Shown here piece by piece: positions 1 through 9,424 of a stretch of 64,000 bases of DNA. A program made the translations under genes and the position numbers. The notes beneath the pieces are model-generated. The model saw only the letters and a program-made list of their open reading frames with translations. It had not been told where the DNA came from and searched no databases. The stretch spans positions 23,670 to 87,669 of IMG/VR virus record IMGVR_UViG_3300032138_000008. The stretch is one strand, 5' to 3'. The first letter of the stretch is position 1, and every line of letters starts with the position of its first letter. The stretch is from a virus (lineage: Duplodnaviria; Caudoviricetes).

Positions 1-31
1 TAGCAGTAGGCTGGTGGCTCTGGAGCAACTA

Positions 32-226
32 ATGGCTGAACACAAAGGATTTGTTGATACATGGCTGATGAAGCTAACATCTCGTAAGCTTCTGGTATGG
101 TTGACGGCATCTGGATTAGCATTCACCGGACACCTCACTAGCGGCGACTGGGTGCTCATCAGTACCGTATTTATCGGAACGCAAGGTGTTGTCGATATTG
201 TTGAGCGCTTCAAGGGATTTAAGTGA
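32..226 (+). CDS. small two-TM membrane protein, holin-like
   Basis: ATG at 32 follows GGAG (ORF track starts at 14). Two hydrophobic segments (LLVWLTASGLAF, WVLISTVFIG) and a charged C-terminus. First of three membrane genes. Confidence 0.5.
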   Translation: MAEHKGFVDTWLMKLTSRKLLVWLTASGLAFTGHLTSGDWVLISTVFIGTQGVVDIVERFKGFK

Positions 227-609
227 CGCCCCAGCAGATAGCAATACAGTTTTTAGTGAAGAATTGGAAGGGCGTACTTATTGCCCTTCTTTCGCTTGTG
301 ATTATGGGCAAAATGCGCTATGATCACCATCAGATGTTAGCAGCCTACGAAGCCTCCGAGCAGTCTCTCCAAGCGCAAATCGCCGGCTTGAAAGACATCC
401 ATCAACGGCAGATGGCCGATATGGAGAACTCTCTACAGGTCTATAAAGATACGCTAGAGCAAATAGAGCGCGACTATCAGGAGAGCCAAGATGCCTTATT
501 GCAAGTCATGGCCGACAAGCGCGAAACTTACGGCAAGCAATTCTCACAGGATCCCGCCGCACTCGCAGAATCTATTGTGTTAATGTACGGGTTTGATTAT
601 GTTCCTTAG
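223..609 (+). CDS. N-anchored coiled-coil membrane protein, i-spanin-like
   Basis: GTG start overlaps the previous stop. N-terminal TM (GVLIALLSLVIMG) followed by a long Q/E/L-rich helical region. Confidence 0.45.
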   Translation: MTPQQIAIQFLVKNWKGVLIALLSLVIMGKMRYDHHQMLAAYEASEQSLQAQIAGLKDIHQRQMADMENSLQVYKDTLEQIERDYQESQDALLQVMADKRETYGKQFSQDPAALAESIVLMYGFDYVP

Positions 610-1021
610 TCTATTATTAATGTTGTCGGGACCCGCTGAAGCTGCGGATGTGGGCAAGTTTACTTTTCTAGGCGAGCAACAATGCGCACCATTTGAGGGA
701 GTCTTATTCGATCCCCCCGCTTTGGCTGAGGTCCTTGCGCGCAATGCCACTGCCAGCCTCGCATGCCAAGCACGAATTGAATATGAGCTTTCGGTGGAAG
801 CCGCAAGCTATGAGCTAGAGCTTCGCAATTGGGAGATTCAATACAACGCCATGCACGAAGAAACAAGCCTTCTTATTTTCCAGAAGGATCAAGAAATCGA
901 AAAGCTCCAAAAATCTCTGTTACGACAGTCCCCCCGCAATAATTGGCTTTGGGGCGCGGGCGGTGTAGGAGTGGGAATCTTGAGCACCTATGCGGCTTAT
1001 AGGCTGTTTAATGAGCAGTAA
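593..1021 (+). CDS. exported coiled-coil protein with C-terminal TM (possible spanin partner)
   Basis: Signal peptide ending AEA, helical middle, C-terminal hydrophobic WLWGAGGVGVGILSTYAAY. No lipobox Cys. Confidence 0.4.
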   Translation: MIMFLSLLLMLSGPAEAADVGKFTFLGEQQCAPFEGVLFDPPALAEVLARNATASLACQARIEYELSVEAASYELELRNWEIQYNAMHEETSLLIFQKDQEIEKLQKSLLRQSPRNNWLWGAGGVGVGILSTYAAYRLFNEQ

Positions 1022-1397
1022 GAAACCAAACGAAATTGCCGCGATAGAACAAGCCATCAGCCAGAAATATGGTGAAGAAACTATTCAAAACCCCCGCGCA
1101 AATTGGGACGAGATTAAAGAGAAAGAATATCTCGAACAAATGCGAGAACTCTATAAAAAGACAGCCCAGCGCGAAACCTTTGAAGAGAAAATAGATGTAA
1201 ATGGTATAAAGGTTTCAAAGAAACTATTTAATAGAGATTCTTTACAGCGTTGTCCAGTTTGTTTTTCTCTCTCGAAAAAAGCGGCAGATGATGTGTGTCT
1301 TCTAAAATTTGAGTGTTGTCATCCGTGCTACATTAAATATGTCGAAGACAGAGAAGAAAGATGGTTAACCGGTTGGAGACCAAATTTAGAGGAATAA
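1011..1397 (+). CDS. hypothetical protein with Cys-rich putative Zn-binding C-terminus
   Basis: ATG 1011 is in frame with track ORF 990..1397. CPVC ... CCHPC motifs. Confidence 0.6.
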   Translation: MSSKKPNEIAAIEQAISQKYGEETIQNPRANWDEIKEKEYLEQMRELYKKTAQRETFEEKIDVNGIKVSKKLFNRDSLQRCPVCFSLSKKAADDVCLLKFECCHPCYIKYVEDREERWLTGWRPNLEE

Positions 1398-1401
1398 AAT
1401 A

Positions 1402-1965
1402 ATGGCATCAATTTACGAAATCGTACAAGGACTCGCTCAAGCGGCCGCAAACTCATATGACGGCGCTCTGGGAGAGGATTATGAACCCGACAAGCCGGGG
1501 ATCCTTCGTCGAGAAGAGGGAGACGCCCTTATCGATCAGCGCGTGATGGATGGATTTAACGTTAAGTTTTATGGCGACATGATGTGCTTGAGTTATCAAT
1601 CCGAGATTCAGCTAAAGGAAGTTTATGCTTCCGGCTTTGAAGGAGACACTGACCAGCGTCTCTCAGATATCGCAGGATGGATCAAGAAAGAATACAAAAA
1701 GATTACAGGGAATTCGGTTACGTTGACCGAAGAGGGAGAAGTTGACATTCGTGTCGAAAACTCCTCTCGCATTCGCACATGGGTTCTTGCTAAGAAGCAC
1801 TATCGCATTGGCGGACTTTCCGAAGACATGAATGATGATAATTCGGGGAATATGGCACCAGTCGAAAAAAACTGGGAAACGTTTCTCAAGCTTGGCGGGT
1901 GGAATGGCAAAGGCGGATCACGCCCCGATAACGACACTCGCAAGAAAGGTTCGGAGACTGAATAA
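1402..1965 (+). CDS. hypothetical protein
   Basis: 187-aa ORF with a GAGGA RBS, tightly packed in the operon. Confidence 0.75.
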   Translation: MASIYEIVQGLAQAAANSYDGALGEDYEPDKPGILRREEGDALIDQRVMDGFNVKFYGDMMCLSYQSEIQLKEVYASGFEGDTDQRLSDIAGWIKKEYKKITGNSVTLTEEGEVDIRVENSSRIRTWVLAKKHYRIGGLSEDMNDDNSGNMAPVEKNWETFLKLGGWNGKGGSRPDNDTRKKGSETE

Positions 1966-2135
1966 TGAAGATTTCAATTGAACGACTCAAAGAGATCATT
2001 ATGGAAGAAGTTGCGAGAGCAACGGCTATGGAACTGGTGGAAAATCAAGAACTCCCCAAAGAGTCTGCTATTGGCGAAGTTGGTTACACCCCAGAAGACC
2101 TCGAAGAAACAATAGAAATCGTAGATGATGAATGA
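1965..2135 (+). CDS. small acidic protein (56 aa, MKISIERLKEIIMEE...)
   Basis: Not in the ORF track. ATG overlaps the upstream TAA (TAATG) and its TGA overlaps the terminase ATG (ATGA), consistent with translational coupling on both sides. Confidence 0.7.
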   Translation: MKISIERLKEIIMEEVARATAMELVENQELPKESAIGEVGYTPEDLEETIEIVDDE

Positions 2136-3715
2136 GTTTTCAATTAGACAAGAAACAGCAAGTCAACGAAATCCTCAAATGTGGTAAAGACCCCGCTTAC
2201 TTTCTTAAGACTTACGCCCGTATATCTCACCCGATGCACGGGCTGATTTTATTCGATACTTATGATTTCCAAGATGAACTGCTTAACGATTTTAACGATT
2301 ATCGTTTTAACGTTATTCTGAAAGCCCGACAGCTTGGTATCTCTACCATTACTGCAGGCTACATTGTATGGCTTATGTTGTTTCACCGCGACAAGGCCAT
2401 TCTCGTTATGGCAACCAAGTTTGCCACCGCCGGCAACCTCGTCAAAAAGGTTAAAGGCATCATGCGCAATGTGCCCGAGTGGTTAAAGATCGCAACAATC
2501 AGTGTTGACAACCGCACATCTTTCGAGTTGTCCAATGGCTCCTCTATTAAAGCCGCGTCCACTTCCGGCGATGCCGGACGTTCTGAAGCCCTGTCTCTTT
2601 TGGTGCTCGACGAGGCCGCCCACATCGAAGGACTAGAAGAATTATGGACTGGTCTATATCCCACCCTATCTACAGGTGGTCGCTGCATTGCGTTGTCGAC
2701 CCCTAATGGTGTAGGAAACTGGTTTCATAAGACTTGCACGGATTCCGAAGCTGGCACTAACAACTTTAATCTTACCACTCTCCCATGGGACGTACATCCA
2801 GACCGTGATGAACAATGGTATAAGAAAGAAACCAAAAACATGTCCCGGCGCCAAATCGCCCAAGAGCTAGAATGTAATTTCAATACCTCTGGTGAAACTG
2901 TTATCGATCCGGAGTGCATGGAGTGGATGTTGTCCAACGTAAAAGAACCAAAATACCGCACTGGCTTTGATCGGAACTTCTGGATTTGGGAAGAATTTGA
3001 TCCTACCTGCAATTATTTAATCGTCGTCGATGTTTCTCGCGGAGACGGCGCCGACTTTTCCACATTTCATGTTTTAAAATTAGAAACACTTGAAATCATT
3101 GGAGAATATCAAGGCAAACTCACGCCTGATTTGTTCGCCAACATGCTAAACCAAGTGGGCCGAGAGTTCGGAAACGCAATGATGGTAGTAGAAAATAATA
3201 ATATTGGTTATACAGTACTTGACAAACTGATAGAATACGGTTATCCTAATATATATTATTCTATTAAATCGACGCATGAATATATTGAACAGCATGAAGC
3301 TGAATATAAGAGCAGTGCGATTCCTGGCTTCACGACCTCCATGAAAACCCGCCCCCTCATCGTGGCGAAATTAGAGGAGTTTGTCAGGAACAAACTAATT
3401 AAGGTGTATTCTGCACGTACTGTTAATGAAATGAAAACTTTTATTTGGAAAAATGGCAAAGCTCAAGCAATGAAAAGCTATAATGACGATCTCATTATGG
3501 CGTTGGCAATTGCGTGCTGGGTTCGTGACACCGCGATTCAATCGAATGCCCGAGATTTAAATTATAAGAAAGCTTTTGTAGACGCAATCATTACAACGAA
3601 GACCACGATGAACACTCGTGTGTCTGGACAACATGGCTATAAGAAAGACAATGTTCTTGACAAGATGACTGAAGCTCAAAAGATGTACGATCAATATAAA
3701 TGGATTATTAAGTGA
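2132..3715 (+). CDS. terL: terminase large subunit, T4 gp17-like
   Basis: Walker A ILKARQLGIST, Walker B LLVLDEAAH, coupling motif LSTPNG, RNase H-fold nuclease motifs VDVSRGDGADFS and DDLIMALA. Confidence 0.95.
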   Translation: MSFQLDKKQQVNEILKCGKDPAYFLKTYARISHPMHGLILFDTYDFQDELLNDFNDYRFNVILKARQLGISTITAGYIVWLMLFHRDKAILVMATKFATAGNLVKKVKGIMRNVPEWLKIATISVDNRTSFELSNGSSIKAASTSGDAGRSEALSLLVLDEAAHIEGLEELWTGLYPTLSTGGRCIALSTPNGVGNWFHKTCTDSEAGTNNFNLTTLPWDVHPDRDEQWYKKETKNMSRRQIAQELECNFNTSGETVIDPECMEWMLSNVKEPKYRTGFDRNFWIWEEFDPTCNYLIVVDVSRGDGADFSTFHVLKLETLEIIGEYQGKLTPDLFANMLNQVGREFGNAMMVVENNNIGYTVLDKLIEYGYPNIYYSIKSTHEYIEQHEAEYKSSAIPGFTTSMKTRPLIVAKLEEFVRNKLIKVYSARTVNEMKTFIWKNGKAQAMKSYNDDLIMALAIACWVRDTAIQSNARDLNYKKAFVDAIITTKTTMNTRVSGQHGYKKDNVLDKMTEAQKMYDQYKWIIK

Positions 3716-3723
3716 GATTATAA

Positions 3724-5718
3724 ATGGCAGCCCCTAACAACAACCCCGCAAATAGCAATACCGGATTATTCAAAGCCCTCACTCGGCTTTTCTCCGGTCC
3801 AATCGTCAGCTACCGCTCCACATCGGGCCGGAAGATTCGACGACAACACCTCGACAAATTCGGCTCACGCTTTAAGTCAGCGTCTGGACAACAGTTTAAG
3901 AAGACCCTTTACAACCCTCTTGACATTGTTGCCACCAACGCCATTCAAAACCAGCGCCGTTCTGAGCGTTATGTAGATTTCGATCAAATGGAGTACATGC
4001 CCGAGATCGCATCCACAATGGACATCTACGCAGACGAAATGACGACCTTCTCCGAACTGCGGCCCATGCTAAACATCAAGTGCCCCAACGAAGAAATTGA
4101 AGCGGTGTTAGCCGTCATGTTTGAGAACATTCTGAATCTTCAGTATAACCTTTTCGGTTGGGCCCGCACCATGTGCAAGTACGGCGACTTCTTCCTTTAT
4201 CTCGATGTAGACGAGAAATACGGCGTTCAGTCAGTTATCGCGCTTCCTTCCCAAGAAATTGAAAGACTGGAAGGCAAAGACGCCACAAACCCTAATTATG
4301 TTCAATACCAGTGGAACTCCGCCGGCATTACTTTCGAGAACTGGCAAATTTCCCATTTCCGCATCTTAGGAAATGATAAGTATGCTCCGTATGGCACATC
4401 AATTTTAGAGCCAGCACGACGCATCTGGCGGCAGCTAACGCTTATGGAAGACGCCATGATGGCATACCGTGTTATCCGTTCATCCGAGCGCCGCGTGTTC
4501 AAGATTGACGTCGGTGGAATTCCCCCACAAGACGTGGAGCAGTTTATGCAGAAGACTGTCACCAACCTCAAGCGCCACTCTATCGTTGACCCCTCAACTG
4601 GTAAAGTCGACTTGCGCTACAATCCCATGAGCATCGAAGAAGACTACTTTATTCCCGTGCGCCCCGGTTCTGCCACAGCCATCGAATCGCTCGCCGGCGC
4701 ATCCAACATCACAGAGATTGATGATATCAAGTATCTCCGTGACAAACTATTTTCGGCATTGAAGGTGCCTCAATCCTACCTCACAATGGGTGAGGGCGGA
4801 GAAGAAGACAAGACAACACTCGCACAGAAAGACATTCGCTTTGCACGAACCATTCAGAGACTACAAAGAGTTATTATCGCAGAGCTTACAAAGATTGGCA
4901 TTATCCATCTCTATACTCTAGGCTTCAGAGGCGACGACTTATTAAGCTTTAGCTTATCTCTGAACAACCCTTCCAAGATCTCCGAGCTTCAAGAGATCGA
5001 ATTTTGGAAGTCCAAGTTCGACATCGCAGCTTCCGCTACCGAAGGCTACTTCTCACGCCGTTGGGTGACTGAGAAGATCTTTGGCATGTCTAATGAAGAA
5101 TTTATGCGCAACCAGCGCGAAATGTACTATGACCGCAAGCACGATGCAGCCCTTCAGCAAGTGGCCGAAGCAGCAGCAGCCGAAGGCGCAGGTGGAATGG
5201 GCGGCGACATGGGCGGTGACTTAGGCGGTGACTTAGGTGGGGGAGATCTCGACCTAGGAGGCACCGAAGCCGGCGGTCCTGAAGAGATGCCTGCAGCCGC
5301 GGCAGATGCTCCTGAAGGAGGAGGCGGAGACGATTCAGCCCTTCTGGCAGTTCCCCCCGGTTCTAAGAATGAGCCTCGCTTAACTCCTGGTGCTAAGGGT
5401 AAAGTATACCACCCCAAGAAAGTAGACAGGCGCCCAGCAGGCGCCGCCAAGCGCTCTAATCTAGCAAAGGGCGGTGGACAAAAAGCTAGCGGAGGCATTC
5501 GCAACGTGGTGCCGGGACTAAGCGATTTGAAATCTCTCAGCACAATGAACGGATTAGGAACAGGTGTTTATGAACAAGACGAGTCTACTTATAACAACGG
5601 CGAAATTTTAGAAGAGAAGAAATTGTTTCAAATAAATGAATCTGTTCGAGCCCTTATCAACGGATTAGAAAGAATTAAGCAAGAACCAGCGGAGAACGAA
5701 AGTGAAAACGAAGCATAA
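3724..5718 (+). CDS. portal protein, T4 gp20-like
   Basis: ARRIWRQLTLMEDAMMAYRVIRSSERRVFKIDVG, EEDYFIP and DDIKYLRDKLFSALKVP match gp20 motifs. Follows terL. Confidence 0.93.
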   Translation: MAAPNNNPANSNTGLFKALTRLFSGPIVSYRSTSGRKIRRQHLDKFGSRFKSASGQQFKKTLYNPLDIVATNAIQNQRRSERYVDFDQMEYMPEIASTMDIYADEMTTFSELRPMLNIKCPNEEIEAVLAVMFENILNLQYNLFGWARTMCKYGDFFLYLDVDEKYGVQSVIALPSQEIERLEGKDATNPNYVQYQWNSAGITFENWQISHFRILGNDKYAPYGTSILEPARRIWRQLTLMEDAMMAYRVIRSSERRVFKIDVGGIPPQDVEQFMQKTVTNLKRHSIVDPSTGKVDLRYNPMSIEEDYFIPVRPGSATAIESLAGASNITEIDDIKYLRDKLFSALKVPQSYLTMGEGGEEDKTTLAQKDIRFARTIQRLQRVIIAELTKIGIIHLYTLGFRGDDLLSFSLSLNNPSKISELQEIEFWKSKFDIAASATEGYFSRRWVTEKIFGMSNEEFMRNQREMYYDRKHDAALQQVAEAAAAEGAGGMGGDMGGDLGGDLGGGDLDLGGTEAGGPEEMPAAAADAPEGGGGDDSALLAVPPGSKNEPRLTPGAKGKVYHPKKVDRRPAGAAKRSNLAKGGGQKASGGIRNVVPGLSDLKSLSTMNGLGTGVYEQDESTYNNGEILEEKKLFQINESVRALINGLERIKQEPAENESENEA

Positions 5719-6535
5719 CAAAAAAAGAAACACTGCTTTTGTGTATGAGGCTCTCCTCCGAGAGGCCACTGTCGCGATTTTAAGGAAAGACGCTAAAAGA
5801 CGTGACACCATATTAAACATTATCAAGAAGCATTTTAAACCAGGATCAGTATTGAGACGAGATTTAGAGTGCCATCGCTCTTTATACGAAAACCAAGGGC
5901 TCGATGCAGAAACATCGACGAAGATTTTGCGAGAAGCCAAAATGGCTAGCCGCTTGATCGATCCCGCAGGACTGTTTGCTCATCAGAGCCGGCTCATCAG
6001 CGACATCAATCGCGACTTAGAGCCTGCTGTTTTCAACACCTTTGTTCCAAATTACAAGACCCTAGCATCCATTGCGCAAATCTTCTCACAGAAAGCCGCT
6101 CCCAAGGATCACGTCTTGTTAGAGAACGAGGTCATCAGCAAGATGACCGAAAACGCGGAGGTTATTCAACCTTCCCCAGATATTGACAATGTGGTAATTC
6201 GAGCTTTCACCAAAAAGTTTAATAACAAATACGAAACCGAACTTTTGGACGAACAGAAAGAACTCTTGACACACTACATCTCGTCATTTGCCGATAACGC
6301 TTTAGAGCTTAAGACTTTTCTGAATGAGGAAATCTCTCGTCTTAAAGTCCAATTAGAAACGGCCAAGAAAAGTGACGAGATCAAAAACGATGATCAAATG
6401 CTGGAAAAGACCAGCACTGTTATCGAACGCTTAAGCGCGTTCGCTCACTGTACGATTGACGATGACACTCTTCTGACAATCATGAAGACCCAAAGCTTAG
6501 TAAAGGAAATTGCCACCGATGTCAGTAACGATTAA
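5702..6535 (+). CDS. hypothetical protein of head module
   Basis: 277-aa ORF overlapping the portal stop, with a basic N-terminus (KHNKKRN). Confidence 0.75.
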   Translation: MKTKHNKKRNTAFVYEALLREATVAILRKDAKRRDTILNIIKKHFKPGSVLRRDLECHRSLYENQGLDAETSTKILREAKMASRLIDPAGLFAHQSRLISDINRDLEPAVFNTFVPNYKTLASIAQIFSQKAAPKDHVLLENEVISKMTENAEVIQPSPDIDNVVIRAFTKKFNNKYETELLDEQKELLTHYISSFADNALELKTFLNEEISRLKVQLETAKKSDEIKNDDQMLEKTSTVIERLSAFAHCTIDDDTLLTIMKTQSLVKEIATDVSND

Positions 6536-7061
6536 AGTTGGTGACGGCACTCCCGAAGGCGCAACCGTTCGCCTGGAGCTTGATGTTCGCAAGAGCATGA
6601 ACGGTGACTTGATGATTTTTGATCACGGAGACATCGACATCGTGCTCTCCACCAAAAACAACAAAATTACAGCGTTTCCTAAAGAGACGATGAACGATAT
6701 GGTTTACGGTGCTCAAAACCGCCTGTTTGCAATGCTGCGCAAGAAGGGTATAGTAATGGCTGACTCAATCCAAGGAGGCGCCTTTTACGGAGCCTTTGAG
6801 GCATTGATGGAAGAAGCCTCGGCCGAGAATCTTAGCACCGCTAAAATGGCGCTCATCAACATCTCCAACTTTATTGATGAAGAACGCCCATACTTTGAGT
6901 CCACAGAGTCCATTATTTCAATGACCGACGATGAACTAATTCATCCGGACAAAGCAGACTCCACAGAGCTTGGTGAGGTTCCACAAGAAGTCGAACAAGG
7001 CTCAATTCGACCGGGTTATATCAGGGACCCCTATTCGCTTAATTACCTGTACACGATTTAA
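6519..7061 (+). CDS. hypothetical protein
   Basis: ATG 6519 within track ORF 6510..7061. Confidence 0.7.
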   Translation: MSVTIKVGDGTPEGATVRLELDVRKSMNGDLMIFDHGDIDIVLSTKNNKITAFPKETMNDMVYGAQNRLFAMLRKKGIVMADSIQGGAFYGAFEALMEEASAENLSTAKMALINISNFIDEERPYFESTESIISMTDDELIHPDKADSTELGEVPQEVEQGSIRPGYIRDPYSLNYLYTI

Positions 7062-7062
7062 A

Positions 7063-7266
7063 ATGAAGCTCTTAATGGAAAGGTGGCGGATCGCCCTAGA
7101 TGAAGAAGAACAAGAAGGCGCCGCCAAAGCCAAAATCTTGGAAGACGCGGGTACTGAAGCACAAGCGCTTATAACCAAAGTAACTAGCGCAGCCAGAGGG
7201 GATGCAGCATTAGCTCGCGAGGCTATTGAGTCCATTATTGTAGCGTTGCAAAATACTCTTAAATAA
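7063..7266 (+). CDS. small protein (MKLLMERWR...)
   Basis: ATG 7063 lies immediately after the upstream stop, in frame with track ORF 6970..7266. Confidence 0.65.
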   Translation: MKLLMERWRIALDEEEQEGAAKAKILEDAGTEAQALITKVTSAARGDAALAREAIESIIVALQNTLK

Positions 7267-7276
7267 AGGAGCGAGA

Positions 7277-7582
7277 GTGGATTTATTATACTTTATATTA
7301 GCAGCCTATGGGCTGACTCAAATTTTGGTTTATGGGAAAGTTTTCGATGCCATTCGCCCAACTAGAGGCTGGCTCGGCGAACTATTCAAATGTCCCATGT
7401 GCGTTGGTTTTCACGTAGGGTGGATTTTAATGTTACTTTCTCCCTACACAGAACTATTTAATTTTGATGTGACGGCTGTAAATTATTTAATTTTAGGATG
7501 CCTCTCATCGGGAACATCGTATGTTCTAAACATGGTCATTGGAGACGAAGGAATTAAACATGAACACAAACGCGTGGAATAG
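7277..7582 (+). CDS. membrane protein, DUF1360-like
   Basis: GTG after AAGGAG. Three hydrophobic segments and an ELFKCPMCVGFHVGW motif. Confidence 0.6.
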   Translation: MDLLYFILAAYGLTQILVYGKVFDAIRPTRGWLGELFKCPMCVGFHVGWILMLLSPYTELFNFDVTAVNYLILGCLSSGTSYVLNMVIGDEGIKHEHKRVE

Positions 7583-7628
7583 CAAGTGGATGTTGCAGCC
7601 AGTAAGACGCTGCTGCAAGGGATCTTAA
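7560..7628 (+). CDS. 22-aa micro-ORF MNTNAWNSKWMLQPVRRCCKGS
   Basis: ATG 7560 after GAAGGA. TAA ends 2 nt before the protease ATG at 7631. Confidence 0.4.
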   Translation: MNTNAWNSKWMLQPVRRCCKGS

Positions 7629-7630
7629 GT

Positions 7631-8239
7631 ATGTCCAAAGTACTTTTACGAGAATATTACGCGCTCTGCGAGGGCGGCGTCTGTCAAGATCTGTTAACCG
7701 AAGATGAAAAGCGGTTTGTAGCGGATGGCGGCATGATACTATCGGGCAAACTTCAAGAAGCCGATATTCAAAACGGCAACGGCCGCATTTATCCTTACCG
7801 GGTATTGATGCGCGAGGTTAAGACTTACCAAAAGCTCGTTAAAGAGAATCGCGCCCTCGGCGAACTCGACCACCCAGACGATTCAGTCATTAACCTTAAG
7901 AACGCTTCTCATATGGTAACTGATGTTTGGATGGAGGACAAGAATGTGATGGGCAAAGTTAAAGTGCTTGATACGCCCTCCGGCAATATCCTCCGCGGAC
8001 TCGTCAACAGTGGAGCCCAACTGGGTATTTCCTCTCGTGGCATGGGTTCCGTGAGCGAGAACATGGGTAAGACAATGGTTGAAGATGACTTTCAGCTTAT
8101 TTGCTTTGATTTTGTTTCAGAGCCTTCAACCCCCAACGCATTTATGATGAAAGAAGCAAAGGATTTGAGTCGTCCCAATGTGTTCACCAAAGCAGATCGG
8201 ATTAACCGATTGTTAAACGAGGTACTTGAAAATGAGTAA
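7631..8239 (+). CDS. prohead core protease, T4 gp21-like
   Basis: ALGELDHPD, LGISSRGMGS and FDFVSEPS motifs of the U9 peptidase family. ATG 7631 preferred over track start 7586. Confidence 0.92.
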   Translation: MSKVLLREYYALCEGGVCQDLLTEDEKRFVADGGMILSGKLQEADIQNGNGRIYPYRVLMREVKTYQKLVKENRALGELDHPDDSVINLKNASHMVTDVWMEDKNVMGKVKVLDTPSGNILRGLVNSGAQLGISSRGMGSVSENMGKTMVEDDFQLICFDFVSEPSTPNAFMMKEAKDLSRPNVFTKADRINRLLNEVLENE

Positions 8240-9011
8240 GAAATGGTCGAGTTATGAAAAAGACGGCAAGATTATGGAGTCTTGGAGAAACTATGTGGAG
8301 GGACCTCCTACCTATAGATTCTTGCAAGAAGGTCCCGACTACATCCTTACGGAGCAAGATCTCCAGGAACTGTTTGGCAAGGCCAATTGGGAAAAACTAG
8401 TTGATCGGTTTGCTATTGAAGACGACGGCGCCGCCGATTTAGCCCAGCGTTTAGGTTTGAAGTCGGCTGAAGTTACGGATGCCGAAGGTCAGGCGTTAGA
8501 CGTGGCCCAAATTGAAGCTAAAATCAAACAGGTTATGGATGTTGCACGTAAGAGCAATGATCCCGAACTGGCCGATGCTGCGCAAGATTTGGCGCAAAAC
8601 GCACAACAAGTCGCTCAAGGCGCCTCCGCTGAAGAAGCTACAGCAGATGATGATGAGGGCGAAGCTGAAGCTGCTCCTGGTGAGGAACCCGAAGATGAGT
8701 CCTTATCATTAAAACAGCTTGAACAGGGTGACGTGAAGATGGCCTTAAGTGTGCTCAACAACACAGCGGGACTTAATGCTAAAAAGCTCGCTCAAACTAT
8801 TGATGATGGTTTTGAAAAAGCTCTTCAAGGGAACCCCTACGCCGGCCAGATGCGCGATGAGCAATTGCCGATGATTAACTTGGTGCGAGACGAGATTGTT
8901 AAAATTCTTTCCGGAGATTTTAGTAATCTAGTTCGAGAATCACAAGGTTCACATTATAAAGTACATCCGGCCACTTATCTTTTTTTCCAAACAATAATTT
9001 CAAACAGGTGA
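8232..9011 (+). CDS. acidic hypothetical protein, possible internal head protein
   Basis: ATG overlaps the protease 3' end. IMESWRNY leader and an acidic middle. Confidence 0.65.
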   Translation: MSKKWSSYEKDGKIMESWRNYVEGPPTYRFLQEGPDYILTEQDLQELFGKANWEKLVDRFAIEDDGAADLAQRLGLKSAEVTDAEGQALDVAQIEAKIKQVMDVARKSNDPELADAAQDLAQNAQQVAQGASAEEATADDDEGEAEAAPGEEPEDESLSLKQLEQGDVKMALSVLNNTAGLNAKKLAQTIDDGFEKALQGNPYAGQMRDEQLPMINLVRDEIVKILSGDFSNLVRESQGSHYKVHPATYLFFQTIISNR

Positions 9012-9014
9012 TAC

Positions 9015-9419
9015 ATGAAAAAAGCAGAATTAAAACAACTTATCAAGCCGCTTGTTAAAGAATGCATTCACGAAGTCCTTTTAGAAGAAGGGCTTTTGAG
9101 CAATGTAGTAGCTGAAGTCGCAAAAGGATTACAACAGAATGTGATCGTTGAATCGGCACCTGCTCCGCGCAAAAAGCGCGCCCCAAAACCACAGCGGCCG
9201 GCCGAGAGCACACAAAAGATCAATAAATATCGTCAAAGTTTAATGGATTCGATTGGCAAAGACGCTTATAATGGCGTAGACCTTTTTGAAGGCACTGATC
9301 CCATGAGCACTCAACAGCCAGCACAAGGACACCCCGATCTCGGCAATCCCCGAGATGCCGGCGTAGACATCGATTCCCTTATGAGCAAATCAACCGCCAT
9401 TTGGCAGGCATTAAAGTAG
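9015..9419 (+). CDS. hypothetical protein (MKKAELKQLIKPLVKE...)
   Basis: 134-aa ORF coupled between neighbours. Confidence 0.7.
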   Translation: MKKAELKQLIKPLVKECIHEVLLEEGLLSNVVAEVAKGLQQNVIVESAPAPRKKRAPKPQRPAESTQKINKYRQSLMDSIGKDAYNGVDLFEGTDPMSTQQPAQGHPDLGNPRDAGVDIDSLMSKSTAIWQALK

Positions 9420-9424
9420 GAACA

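Noticed and set aside
7586-7630. Track start for the protease (MDVAASKT...) and other upstream-extended starts (990, 6970, 9401, 23126, 41962, 46102, 57396, 58754)
   Set aside because: Downstream starts with RBS, gene coupling or promoter position fit better.
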